A DNA stretch of 64,000 nucleotides from contig CAZBWM010000012.1 of assembly GCA_964495375.1 (NCBI GenBank), positions 11,323 to 75,322 on the forward strand. Reading direction: 5' to 3'. The stretch's first letter is position 1; every line of letters starts with the position of its first letter. The stretch comes from an uncultured Planctomycetaceae bacterium. GTDB lineage: Bacteria; Planctomycetota; Planctomycetia; Pirellulales; JAEUIK01. Made by a program: the position numbers and the translations under genes. The notes beneath the pieces were generated by a model. That model did not search any database. It was given only the letters and a program-made list of their open reading frames with translations, and had not been told where the DNA came from. Shown here in pieces: positions 1 through 8,742 of this stretch.

Positions 1-543
1 GGCGCAGCCGGTAGCGCACGATCCGCAGCCGGCGCCGGTGGCTTCGTCGGTGCCGCAGCCGGGTCCGCACCCGCTAATGACCGTTTCAGCAAAGCTGCGG
101 AACTGCGCCTTGGCGTCGTAGGCTTCGGCCAGCTCGGCGGTTAGCGCGTCGAGCTCGGGAGGCATCTCTCCCAGGAAATAGAAGACGAGCGTCTCGCCGT
201 CGAAGAGGTGTTCGACATCCAGGAGGACCGTCGGCCATTGGCGCGTGGCGAGTTCGGCGGCGCACGCTTCGCTCGCGGCCAGGCGGTTGCGCAGCAGCCG
301 GGCTTCGAGCAACCTGTCTTCGACGGTCATGCCGCGGACGATCGTGCCGTCGAAGGCGTCGGTGCCTACATTCGATGCGAGGGGGGCAGTGTCATCCGGC
401 GGAGCCAGCACCTGGCCGATCTCAAGCCCGCGGCGCGTGCGGACGATCACCCGGCTATCGCGCGGATAGCGCGTGGCGGCGGCCGAGCCGAACGCGCCGA
501 CGTCGGCCATCGCTCCTACGCGTACCAGGTGGATGCCTGTCAT
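1..543 (-). CDS. PSP1/RicT(YaaT)-like domain protein, C-terminal part cut by window edge
   Basis: Not in the ORF track because it runs off the edge. Manual reverse translation from ATG (543-541) stays open to nt 1: MTGIHLVRVGAMADVGAFGS..RVIVRTRRGLEIGQVL..DGETLVFYFLGE..SGCGPGCGTDEATGAGCGSCATGCA. The order of motifs (VIVxTxRGLExGxV, then xFYF, then a Cys-rich tail) resembles PSP1-domain proteins. Confidence 0.45.
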   Translation of the reverse strand, partial: MTGIHLVRVGAMADVGAFGSAAATRYPRDSRVIVRTRRGLEIGQVLAPPDDTAPLASNVGTDAFDGTIVRGMTVEDRLLEARLLRNRLAASEACAAELATRQWPTVLLDVEHLFDGETLVFYFLGEMPPELDALTAELAEAYDAKAQFRSFAETVISGCGPGCGTDEATGAGCGSCATGCA

Positions 544-897
544 GGTTGTTGCACTCGCGAGCCGGTTGCGGCTCCGTTGGCGGTAACTGACTACTATTAT
601 TGTGACTTCGGTCGGGTAGTGTGCCAAGTTGAGGGTTGCTGGCACGAAGTCGCAGCCTCGCATGCCGAAAACGCTTGGCCCGCGGGATTGGGGCCGATGT
701 CCTGTTGGACGCATGGCTTAGCCGCCGCGACGACCGTCCGCTTGTCCGGCCATCCCGCTTCTGTTGTAATCCTAGGGCTGGCCCCCGCGGGGGCAATTGC
801 CCGTTCGACCGCTAATTCCACCGAACTTTCGAGAATTGCACGCATGATCGATCGCCTGGCCCCTAATTATTGTGAGGAATCGAAGTCCGCCGGCACG

Positions 898-1935
898 ATG
901 GCGACCGCTGCCGGCAGCCGCTGGAAAGATCTGGCCGATCGCGTGCTGGCCGGGGAGCGGCTGAGTTCGGACGAAGCGCTGGCGATCCTCAGGTCGCCCG
1001 ACGACGAGCTGATGGACTTGCTGGCCGCCACGTACCGCGTCCGCCGGCAGCACTTTGGCAACGCCGTGCAGCTTTACTTCTTGATGAACGCCAAAAGCGG
1101 TCTTTGCCCCGAAGATTGTTCGTACTGCTCGCAGTCGAAGGTCTCCGACGCCGAGATCCCGCGCTACAACCTGCTCGACGAGCAGAAGCTGATGGATGGC
1201 GCTCGCATCGCGGCCGAACGACAGGCCAAAACGTACTGCATCGTGATTTCTGCCCGCGGGCCGAACGAGCGCGAAGTTTCGACGATTGAGCAGATCGTCC
1301 CGAAGATCAAGGCCGCCTATAACCTCAAGGTGTGCGCGTGCCTGGGGCTGTTGCGGCCCGATCAGGCGCAGCGCTTGGCGGCGGCCGGCGTCGATCGCGT
1401 CAACCATAACCTGAACACGAGCGAAGCGTACTACGCCGATATCTGCACCACGCACACCTGGCGCGACCGCGTCGGCACGCTCGAAGCCGTGCGCGACGCC
1501 GGCATGGAGATGTGCTCCGGCGGCATCGTCGGCATGGGGGAGCGCGACGAGGACGTCGTCGAGATGGTCTTCGCGCTGCGCGACCTGGGCGTCCACTCGA
1601 TCCCGATCAACTTCTTGAACGCCATCCCCGGCACGCCGCTGGCGGGCATCAGCCGGTTGAACCCGCGCTACTGCCTGAAGGTGCTCTGCCTGGCGCGGCT
1701 GGCCAACCCGGCCAGCGAGATCCGCATCGCCGGTGGACGCGAGCTGCACCTGCGCAGCTTGCAGCCGCTGGGGCTGTACGCGGCCAACTCGTTGTTCGTC
1801 GGCGACTACCTGACGACCAAGGGGCAGCCGGCCGCCGAAGATTACCACATGCTGGAAGACCTGGGCTTCTCGGTCGCCCGCAATGCCGAGCCGGCGACGG
1901 TGCTGGAAGGCTGCGGGACGGAGTGCGGGGGGTAA
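898..1935 (+). CDS. bioB: biotin synthase (radical SAM)
   Basis: C-terminal 345 aa of ORF 208..1935. CPEDCSYCSQS radical-SAM CxxxCxxC motif, YCIVISARG, NHNLNTS, MCSGGIVGMGE and full-length BioB-like layout. ATG at 898 is in frame; the upstream 230 codons look like a non-coding extension. Confidence 0.9.
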   Translation: MATAAGSRWKDLADRVLAGERLSSDEALAILRSPDDELMDLLAATYRVRRQHFGNAVQLYFLMNAKSGLCPEDCSYCSQSKVSDAEIPRYNLLDEQKLMDGARIAAERQAKTYCIVISARGPNEREVSTIEQIVPKIKAAYNLKVCACLGLLRPDQAQRLAAAGVDRVNHNLNTSEAYYADICTTHTWRDRVGTLEAVRDAGMEMCSGGIVGMGERDEDVVEMVFALRDLGVHSIPINFLNAIPGTPLAGISRLNPRYCLKVLCLARLANPASEIRIAGGRELHLRSLQPLGLYAANSLFVGDYLTTKGQPAAEDYHMLEDLGFSVARNAEPATVLEGCGTECGG

Positions 1936-1954
1936 TAGCCCGGCCATTTCATCG

Positions 1955-1996
1955 CCCCCTCACCCCCAGGATCCTCTCGCGCCAAGGGCGAGGGGA
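1955..1996. repeat. CCCTCACCC..CTCTC-GC-loop-GAGGGG hairpin repeat (family copy 1), possible bioB terminator
   Basis: ccccctcacccccaggatcctctcgcgccaagggcgaggggag. Same architecture as 2756-2790 and 29157-29198. Lies 20 nt after the bioB stop. Confidence 0.5.
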
Positions 1997-2066
1997 GTGT
2001 CGGAGCCGGCAATCCGCAAGTGCCTGCCCGCTGGCAGCCGATCAGGTAAAGAGGAGAACCTGTCCG

Positions 2067-2660
2067 ATGACGCGCACTTGCTGCCAGATGCTGAATCACA
2101 CGCTGCTTGGCACGTTGATTGTCTTCGCTAGCATGCTCGCCGGACGAACGGCCCGGGCCGAAGAGCTGGCCGGGCGGGTGATCGACGTGCCGGACAGCGA
2201 TACCATCGTGATCATGTTCGGCACGCAGCAGAAGATCGTGCGATTGTCCGGGGTCGATGCCCCGGAGATGCCGCAGCCGTTTGGCGGCAACGCCCGCATG
2301 TCGCTCGTGAAGTGGGCGGCCGGTCGGCAGGCGATTGTCGAAGTGACGCGCGGCGAGAAGGATAATCGTCTCGAAGGGCGCGTGCTGGTCGACGGTCGCG
2401 ATCTGGCGCGCGATCTTGTCGATCAAGGACTCGCCTGGCGATTGCCGCTGGTCGACGAAGCGCAGGCCAGCAATTACAGCCGCGACCTGGCCGCCGCCGA
2501 GCGGATGGCGCGCCGCCGACGTGCCGGGCTCTGGCGACAGAGCGATCCGTTACCCCCGTGGCGCTGGCGCCAGTTCGAGGCCGAAGCCCAAGGGGTCATC
2601 GAGAGCCAGCTCGATCTGCCGTACGATGTGAATGGGCGGTACGAGCCGAGCGGCCGTTAG
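2067..2660 (+). CDS. thermonuclease (staphylococcal nuclease-like) family protein, secreted
   Basis: ATG at 2067 preceded by aaagaggag. N-terminal signal-like LLGTLIVFASMLAGRTARA. SNase motifs VIDVPDSDTIVI and VRLSGVDAPE. Last 197 aa of ORF 1512..2660. Confidence 0.8.
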   Translation: MTRTCCQMLNHTLLGTLIVFASMLAGRTARAEELAGRVIDVPDSDTIVIMFGTQQKIVRLSGVDAPEMPQPFGGNARMSLVKWAAGRQAIVEVTRGEKDNRLEGRVLVDGRDLARDLVDQGLAWRLPLVDEAQASNYSRDLAAAERMARRRRAGLWRQSDPLPPWRWRQFEAEAQGVIESQLDLPYDVNGRYEPSGR

Positions 2661-2723
2661 ATTTTCGGCTGGCAGCGCACCGACTCGAGCCGTCGCAGCG
2701 CGCAGTCGATTGCCGTGAGCGTC

Positions 2724-2814
2724 AGCCGAAGAATTACTTTCTGTTGTCTTATCCCCCTCACCCTGCCCTCTCCCGCGAGGGGAGAGGGGGATCTGGAAAA
2801 GTAATTCTTCGGCT
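2724..2814. repeat. nested hairpin: perfect 17-bp outer inverted repeat enclosing a CCCTCACCC/GAGGGG hairpin (family copy 2)
   Basis: agccgaagaattacttt (2724-2740) is the exact reverse complement of aaagtaattcttcggct (2798-2814). Inner stem ccctctccc (2766-2774) / gggagaggg (2780-2788). Confidence 0.7.
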
Positions 2815-2853
2815 CGCTCAAAGTTGCCCGTACCACTTTTACATCAGGCGCGT

Positions 2854-3957
2854 ATGACATCCACACTCGTCGCCGATCGCTTCACGCCTGCAGGGCTCGA
2901 GCGCGTCTGGCAATTGCTCGCCGACGCCGTGGCCACCGATCGCACGCCGGCAGTGTCGGTCGTGGTTGGCAGCTCGAGCGGTGCGAGCGAGCAGCGCTCG
3001 TTCGGTCGGCATCGCGCCGCGCCGGAGAGCCCGCCGCTGCGGAGCGACGCGCTGTTCTTGATCGCCAGCCCGACCAAGCCGATCGTGGCGATGGCGGTGA
3101 TGATGCTGGTCGAGGAAGGGCGCTTGCAGTTGGCCGACCCCGTGTCGACCTACGTGCCCGAGTTCCATTCCAACGGCAAGCGCAATATCACGCTGCTGCA
3201 CTGCCTGACGCACACGTCAGGGTTGCCTGACATGTTGCCCGACAACGCGCGGCTGCGAGGCGCGCAGGCTCCGCTCTCGGAGTTTCTCGCCCGGGCGTGC
3301 GAGCTGAAGCCCGACTTCCTCCCCGGCTTCGACGTGCAGTATCAAAGCCTGGGTTATCTGCTGTTGGGCGAAGTGGTGCGGCGCGTCTCAGGGCGGAGCG
3401 TGGCCGACGTGCTCGCCGAGCGGGTGTTCACACCGTTAGGGATGAAAAACACCTCGCTGGGGCTCGACGGCCAGTACGAGCGCATCCCCGAAATCCGGGT
3501 CAGCGGCGTGCAACTTTCGGGGGCTTCGTACTGGAACGAGCCGTACTGGCGGCGGCTCGGCGTGCCCTGGGGAGGGCTGTTTTCCGACGCGGCCGACCTG
3601 GGAAAATTGTGCCGGCATTTGCTCAACATCCACCGCGGCGCGGCGGGCGTGATCAATCGCGGGACGCTCGAAATCATGACCGCCAACTGGTTCGAGCGGA
3701 TGCCCGACGTGCCCGAACGGCATCGCCGCTGTTTCCCATGGGGGCTCGGCTGGCAGTTGCATTGGCCTGCGCACGCGACGACGTTTGGCGATTTGTTGTC
3801 GCACTCGGCCTACGGCCATTGGGGCTCGACGGGCACGATGCTGTGGATCGATCCGGCGCGCGACGCGTTCGCGGTGGCGCTGTCGACCGAGCCGTTGGAG
3901 CTGGGGCGGCGCTGGCTGGCGCGGTTCTCCAGCGCCGTATGCGCAGCGATCGCCTGA
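2854..3957 (+). CDS. serine hydrolase / class C beta-lactamase-related protein
   Basis: ORF 2824..3957 (TTG at 2824, first ATG at 2854). SxxK motif in LFLIASPTKPIVAMAV, YQSLGYLLLG, and HWGSTGT near the C-terminus. Confidence 0.8.
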   Translation: MTSTLVADRFTPAGLERVWQLLADAVATDRTPAVSVVVGSSSGASEQRSFGRHRAAPESPPLRSDALFLIASPTKPIVAMAVMMLVEEGRLQLADPVSTYVPEFHSNGKRNITLLHCLTHTSGLPDMLPDNARLRGAQAPLSEFLARACELKPDFLPGFDVQYQSLGYLLLGEVVRRVSGRSVADVLAERVFTPLGMKNTSLGLDGQYERIPEIRVSGVQLSGASYWNEPYWRRLGVPWGGLFSDAADLGKLCRHLLNIHRGAAGVINRGTLEIMTANWFERMPDVPERHRRCFPWGLGWQLHWPAHATTFGDLLSHSAYGHWGSTGTMLWIDPARDAFAVALSTEPLELGRRWLARFSSAVCAAIA

Positions 3958-4603
3958 GTGCGGGGCACTCCGCAGGCAGATTTTTTCTGACGCGCGCTGC
4001 GATTTCCTGGCGCGTCCCATACTAAATGGCTAGCACAGTTTGTTCGCGCCACGGACGGCTTGCGAGCGCGGGGTGACGGCAATCGGGTGATCGATCGCGT
4101 GCGATCTTGTGCTTGCGCATCGCATGATTCGCGCTTGCGCGACGCGCCTTGATAAACAGCGCGCGACGAATGCGCATTTCTCCTATGAACCGATTGCGCG
4201 ATTGCGATCGCAGTGCGCGAGCTACAGAATCGCGCGCCGAGGGTCAAAAAAATTTTCAAAAAAGTTGCGCGCCAAACGGCGAAATTCTGTTGCACTATTT
4301 CTGATAATTCGTACAACTACCACTAAGAGTGGAAAGCGCAGTATGCCATCGCGCTTCGCACGGATGAGTGACGCGAGTGTTCAACGAGTGACGCTGTACT
4401 TCGAAATGTGCCGTGTCAACGAAGTGAAGACGAAACGTTGCGAGTCGAAGCGAATCGGCCAACGCAAACTAGAGCTGGCCACTCGGAAGTAACGAAGGAC
4501 GCGTTTTAGTCAGAGGTGAGTATCGCCGATCGTTGAGCCTCGAGAGTGTTCTCAAGCGACGATTCGGTCGAAGGTCACCACGACACTTTTTAGGAGAAGA
4601 CCT

Positions 4604-4690
4604 GTGGCAAAGAAGAAGAAGGCCGCCGCGAAGAAGGGTGCGACCAAGAAGAAGGCTGCCAAGAAGAAGACCGCGAAGAAGAAGAAGTAG
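4604..4690 (+). CDS. 28-aa lysine/alanine-rich basic micro-protein (histone H1-like / polycationic)
   Basis: AGGAGA at 4593-4598, 5 nt before GTG 4604. Translates as (M)AKKKKAAAKKGATKKKAAKKKTAKKKK*, all Lys as AAG (the GC-preferred codon). The competing frames give poly-Arg from rare AGA/AGG or poly-Leu. A strong terminator lies 124 nt downstream. Confidence 0.4.
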   Translation: MAKKKKAAAKKGATKKKAAKKKTAKKKK

Positions 4691-4813
4691 CCTTCGTGGC
4701 GGTCGCCCGGTAATGACCGCGTCAACCTCGCCTAAAGAGTCGCCTTCGGGCCGCTCACGGCGCACGGTGGCCGAACGCGGTTGCTACCTGCGATCCACTG
4801 GCCACAACGAGAA

Positions 4814-4855
4814 AGAACCGCCCGCCATCTCATTTGGCGGGCGGTTCTATTTTTG
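4814..4855 (+). terminator. rho-independent terminator
   Basis: agaaccgcccgcc (4814-4826) / ggcgggcggttct (4836-4848), a perfect 13-bp stem with a 9-nt loop, followed by atttttg. Confidence 0.65.
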
Positions 4856-5036
4856 CGCCCCCGGACGGGCGACAGACAGCTTCCGCAACATAATCCCAGG
4901 GTGTTGCCGGGCCGGGATTTAGAAGAAATCGGCCAAATTGTTTGACGGGGGCCCTGGCGTCCGCTAGCTGAAATTCCCCCCGGCTGTCTCCCGGGGGACA
5001 CCGCGGGACTCGCGGAACTCTGGCAACTCACTACGA

Positions 5037-6113
5037 CTACAGTACTGGCAACGGTACCGACGGCGGGGCCTGTTTGTTCCGACTACTGATTCCTTTGACG
5101 AGCCGATAGCAAAGCGATTCGAGATACGGCGCGCAGGCCGGGTCGTCGAAACTCGCGCCGACGCGACCTTCATCGCCGTTGATGCGCATCGCCATGTTGA
5201 TCGGCACTTCGCCCAAGAAGGGAACGTCGAGCTCCGCGGCCTGCCGCGCCGCGCCGCCCGATCCGAAGATGTCGTAGCGCTTGCCGCAGTCGGGGCAGAG
5301 AAAGTAACTCATGTTTTCGACCATGCCCAGCAGCGGGATGTTCACCTTGCGGAACATGGCGATCGCTTTGACGGCGTCGATCAGCGCGACATCCTGCGGC
5401 GTGCAGACCACGACCGCGCCGGTCAACGGCAACAACTGCGATAGCGTCAGCACGATGTCGCCGGTGCCAGGTGGCAAGTCGATGAACAGATAGTCGAGCT
5501 GCCCCCAATCGGTGTCGCGCAAGAACTGGGTTATGGCGCCGTGCAACATTGGGCCGCGCCACACGACGGCGTCTCCCGGCGGCACCAGGAACCCCATCGA
5601 CATTACCTTGACATCGTCGACCACGATCGGCTGGATCTTCTGATTGACGATCTCGGGGCGACGGTTGACGCCGATCAAGTGCGGAACGCTCGGCCCATAG
5701 ACGTCGGCATCCATTAGGCCGACGGAGCAGCCGGCGCGACGCAGGCCGTAAGCCAGGCTGGCGGCAATGGTGCTCTTGCCGACGCCTCCCTTGCCCGAGC
5801 CAACAGCGATCACGCTTTTGGCGGCCAGGCCGATCTCACCAAGACGTTCGCCGGGCCGATTGTGCGTGGCCAACTCGACCTGCACTTCGGCGCCGGGGAA
5901 TTGCCGCTGGAGTCGATCGACGAGCTCGGCGCGAGCTTCCTTCCAGAGTGGGGCCGAGTGCGTGGTCAGCGCCAAGGTGAGCGCAATGCGCCGGCCGGCG
6001 ACTTCGACGTCGCGAATCTGCTCGAGCTTCACGGCGCTACGGCCCGTTTCCGGATCTTGAAAATCGTCTAGCAACCGCTGGACGTCGGCCCGATTGATGT
6101 TCATGTCGCCCAT
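5037..6113 (-). CDS. apbC: Mrp/ApbC/NBP35-family Fe-S cluster carrier ATPase
   Basis: Deviant Walker A SGKGGVGKSTIAASLA, CPDCGKRYDIFG (CxxC), N-terminal DUF59-like segment. ORF 5037..6131 begins with TTG; the first ATG is at 6113 and the next at 6104. Confidence 0.85.
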   Translation of the reverse strand: MGDMNINRADVQRLLDDFQDPETGRSAVKLEQIRDVEVAGRRIALTLALTTHSAPLWKEARAELVDRLQRQFPGAEVQVELATHNRPGERLGEIGLAAKSVIAVGSGKGGVGKSTIAASLAYGLRRAGCSVGLMDADVYGPSVPHLIGVNRRPEIVNQKIQPIVVDDVKVMSMGFLVPPGDAVVWRGPMLHGAITQFLRDTDWGQLDYLFIDLPPGTGDIVLTLSQLLPLTGAVVVCTPQDVALIDAVKAIAMFRKVNIPLLGMVENMSYFLCPDCGKRYDIFGSGGAARQAAELDVPFLGEVPINMAMRINGDEGRVGASFDDPACAPYLESLCYRLVKGISSRNKQAPPSVPLPVL

Positions 6114-6203
6114 TTCGATATAAGCCTTCAACTCTCGGATGAAAATGCGGTGCTTGAAATTCTAACGTAAGGTTGCGGGCCGTCGGTCAGGTTCCAGATG
6201 GCG

Positions 6204-6725
6204 CTATGACTCGACTCCCCAAGGAAGCGCCGTGCGGATCGATTGTTCCCAGCCACCCGGCGGCACGTCCAACTTCTGGCACACTCGTTCAAACCACTCG
6301 ACCAAGGGAGGCAACTCCCGCACCGACCAGGCACAACCGGCGGCCCCTGCCCAGCGGGCCGATGCTTCCGCCGATCGCACGGCCCTCGAGCCGACGGCGA
6401 ACAACAACCCGCAGGGCCAACGCGTCGCCAGTTGGGAAATCGCCCGGCAGGCCGAAACCTGGTTGGGTACGACGATCTCCAACAGTACAGCGGCTGGTTG
6501 CCAGCGTTCAATCGCGGCGCCAAGTTCGTCGACTTGCCGCACGGATCGAATAACTGCGCGTGAACTGTCCTGGTCAGTTGTCTGCACCGCGGAGGTCCGG
6601 AGCTTCCCCGGCGTTCGGTCGAGCCGCGACTGCCAGGTTCGCCAGGCCAGGCGCCAGCGATCGGATTGTTCGCAGACGACGAGGGTGGGCGTCACGACGC
6701 TCATGGCAGGGTCTTGCTGGCTCAT
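6204..6725 (-). CDS. hypothetical protein, possible degenerate receiver (REC-like) domain
   Basis: ATG at 6725, only 6 nt after the stop of the upstream regulator gene. Alternating beta/alpha-like pattern (TLVVCEQSD.., AAVLLEIVVP.., GLLFAVG..) without a canonical phospho-acceptor Asp. Confidence 0.45.
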   Translation of the reverse strand: MSQQDPAMSVVTPTLVVCEQSDRWRLAWRTWQSRLDRTPGKLRTSAVQTTDQDSSRAVIRSVRQVDELGAAIERWQPAAVLLEIVVPNQVSACRAISQLATRWPCGLLFAVGSRAVRSAEASARWAGAAGCAWSVRELPPLVEWFERVCQKLDVPPGGWEQSIRTALPWGVES

Positions 6726-6731
6726 GGCAGG

Positions 6732-8141
6732 TTACGGCTGCCCCTCGGTAAGTAAGCCTACCTGGACCATGCGGCGGTACAAGCGGGGTCGAGTGGTCCC
6801 GAGCAATTTGGCCGCTCGCGATTTGTTCCCCTTGGCCTGCCGCAAAGCCCGTTCGATCAGTTCCCGTTCGATCTGGCGCAGAAAATCGTCGAGGACGATC
6901 TGCGGTTGTGACCTGGCCGGAACGGGGGGTTGCGCTTCGATTGCCAGGCGAAATGAGCGAGGGAGATCGCGCTCGTGAATCAAGGGGCCCGCGGCCGTGC
7001 GATACGCTTCGGCGAGCACCTCGGTCAGTTGCGCGACGTTGGCCGGCCAGGAGTAAAGGGCCAGGCGATCGAGCACTTCGGGGGTGACACCGGCGAGTTG
7101 CTTCTCCGCCTCGACGTTCAACTGCTCGACGATCGCTTGAGCTAGCAAGGGAATATCGGCCAGGCGGTCGACGAGCGGGGGCAGCTCGATGACCAGTGTG
7201 CTGAGAGCGGCCGCGACGTCGGCCTGGTACTGTCCGCGCGCGGTCAAGGGCTCGAGCAGTCTCGTTGCGGTCGCGAGCACGCGAATCGAGTCGCGCGTAG
7301 CGCCGAGCCGGACTGCCAGTTCGCTTTGCGCATCGCTCGGTAGTTGATCGGCATCGGAAAGGACCAGTGTTGCCCGCGGCGGCTGCGCGTGGGCGAGCGA
7401 CGCCGAGAGTGAGGCCCAAGTTGCTCGCAGCAACTCGGCGCTAAGCGACCCGCAAGGAAGGGTCGCGATCGGTTCGAGCGAGTCGCCGCGACTGAGCTGA
7501 AAGATTGTGCGGGCAACGTGGCCGCGGCCGCTGCCCGGCGGACCAATGACCAGCACGTTGCCGCGGCTGGCGGCGGCCAGCTCGAGCTGCGCGCGCACGC
7601 GGCGCAGGGCAGGTGAACTGCCGGCCAGACTGGCGAGCCGATAGCGCCGCCGCTCGTGGGCCTGAAATCGGGCCAGCCAGTCGTGCAACGCTGCGGGGGT
7701 GTCAGCGTCGGAGCTGCGCGGAGAATCGCTGACCGACAATTGATCGAACGCGATCGCAGGCGACTCGGCATCGCAGGGATCGACCAGCGCGAGAACCGCG
7801 TCGAGCTGCCCGGCGGCATCGCGGATCGGAATGAACTGACACCATCGCGAGGCCGTGAGCTGGGACGCTCCGACGTGAAGAAGCACGGTCGCGCGGGCGC
7901 CATCGAGTACATTGGGCGGCGGGCAGAGGGCCGCGGCCAGTGCGTCGGCGGGGGGCAAGTCGGCCTGGGCGCTGTAGTAGCAAACGCGGCCGACGAGCTT
8001 GTCGATCGCCATGCCGGTCCAGGCGGTGCAGGCTTCGTTGGCATAGACGATGCGTCTCCGGGCATCGACCACATAAACCGGAGCTGCCAGCCCTGCGAGC
8101 AGTCGCCCTAGTTCGGCCATTGGACTGCGCAAAGATGCCAT
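6732..8141 (-). CDS. PAS + degenerate AAA+ (sigma54-interaction-like) + Fis-type HTH transcriptional regulator
   Basis: N-terminal PAS-like VYVVDARRRIVYANEACTAWTGM. Central VLVIGPPGSGRGHVAR (Walker A Lys replaced by Arg), LVLSDADQL, IRVLATAT, ELPPLVDRLADIPLLA. C-terminal GNKSRAAKLLGTTRPRLYRRM. No GAFTGA loop seen. Confidence 0.75.
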   Translation of the reverse strand: MASLRSPMAELGRLLAGLAAPVYVVDARRRIVYANEACTAWTGMAIDKLVGRVCYYSAQADLPPADALAAALCPPPNVLDGARATVLLHVGASQLTASRWCQFIPIRDAAGQLDAVLALVDPCDAESPAIAFDQLSVSDSPRSSDADTPAALHDWLARFQAHERRRYRLASLAGSSPALRRVRAQLELAAASRGNVLVIGPPGSGRGHVARTIFQLSRGDSLEPIATLPCGSLSAELLRATWASLSASLAHAQPPRATLVLSDADQLPSDAQSELAVRLGATRDSIRVLATATRLLEPLTARGQYQADVAAALSTLVIELPPLVDRLADIPLLAQAIVEQLNVEAEKQLAGVTPEVLDRLALYSWPANVAQLTEVLAEAYRTAAGPLIHERDLPRSFRLAIEAQPPVPARSQPQIVLDDFLRQIERELIERALRQAKGNKSRAAKLLGTTRPRLYRRMVQVGLLTEGQP

Positions 8142-8252
8142 GACTGCGAGTGTAGTCTGGCCGAGTCACAGGCGGAACGGGGCTCTCCGCAAACGGATAT
8201 CGCGCGAAAACCCAGGGTTGCAACCCCCGGGCTTAAGTCACGTGGAACCCAA

Positions 8253-8651
8253 TCACCCGATGCCGAAGAGGGCCGCCAGCCGCAGGCCAAAGACCATCGC
8301 CCCCACGGCCACCGAGCCAGCGGCCACCAACAGCACGGCGCCGCTGGCGATATCCAAGGCGTCGCGCAGCCGTTCGTCGAAATCGCGGGTGATTGCCTGC
8401 GAGATCAGCTCCAGCGAGGTATTAAACAGTTCGGCGACCAGCACGGCGGTCATGCAGAGAATCAGCAAGCACCATTCGAGCCGCTCGACGCGCAGCACCA
8501 CGCCAGCCACGATGACCGCCAGGGCCGCGAACAAGTGAACGGCGAAACTGCTTTGATCGCGCACTCCTTGCCGCACCCCGCGAAAGGCGTGGCGGAACTT
8601 GCGCACCCAGTAGCGTGGTCCGGAAAGTGGTTGCGGGGTCCAATGAGTCAT
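8253..8651 (-). CDS. dgkA: diacylglycerol kinase family protein
   Basis: 132 aa with three TM segments. FRHAFRGV, AELFNTSLE and DIASGAVL motifs typical of the DgkA/prokaryotic DAGK family. Confidence 0.8.
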   Translation of the reverse strand: MTHWTPQPLSGPRYWVRKFRHAFRGVRQGVRDQSSFAVHLFAALAVIVAGVVLRVERLEWCLLILCMTAVLVAELFNTSLELISQAITRDFDERLRDALDIASGAVLLVAAGSVAVGAMVFGLRLAALFGIG

Positions 8652-8742
8652 AGGAATGGCTTGAGAGTTGTGGGTAGTCCCGTTAGCCGCGGGACTTGTC
8701 CCGCGCGCTAGCTGGTATAACGCTGATATTTCACAGCTCAGC

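Noticed and set aside
640-654. Sigma54-type promoter TGGCAC-N5-CGCA upstream of bioB
   Set aside because: The -24 TGGCAC is perfect, but the -12 element reads CGCA with GC displaced by 1 nt relative to the TGGCAC-N5-TTGC consensus. It lies about 245 nt from the start codon, and there is no supporting activator site.
208-897. N-terminal extensions of supplied ORFs (208..897 before bioB; 1512..2066 before the nuclease; 41776..42147 before the heparinase-like gene; 21020..21601 before the PspA-like gene; 33361..33552; 55584..55772; 11950..12246)
   Set aside because: The extensions have non-coding-like Arg/Pro/Gly-rich composition and often overlap neighbouring genes or repeats. Internal starts give proper RBSs and signal peptides or full-length family alignments.
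772-1947. 391-aa minus-strand ORF covering the whole bioB locus
   Set aside because: It is antisense to a clearly recognisable bioB. Its translation is Arg/Gly/Ala/Val-rich with no motif. This is a typical shadow ORF of a high-GC gene.
4469-4922. Poly-Arg ORF (4533..4922, +) and poly-Leu ORF (4469..4765, -) over the AAG-repeat region
   Set aside because: These are alternative frames of the same (AAG)n-rich stretch. The Arg frame uses AGA/AGG codons, which are rare in GC-rich genomes, and lacks an RBS. The Lys frame has AGGAGA-N5-GTG and preferred codons, so only the 28-aa Lys frame is reported, and at low confidence.
4975-4998. Possible apbC terminator hairpin (tcccccc-gg..ccggggga)
   Set aside because: An 8-bp GC stem with one bulge exists 40-60 nt after the apbC stop. 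On the minus strand, however, it is followed only by atttc, with no real U-tract. This is too weak to list as a feature.
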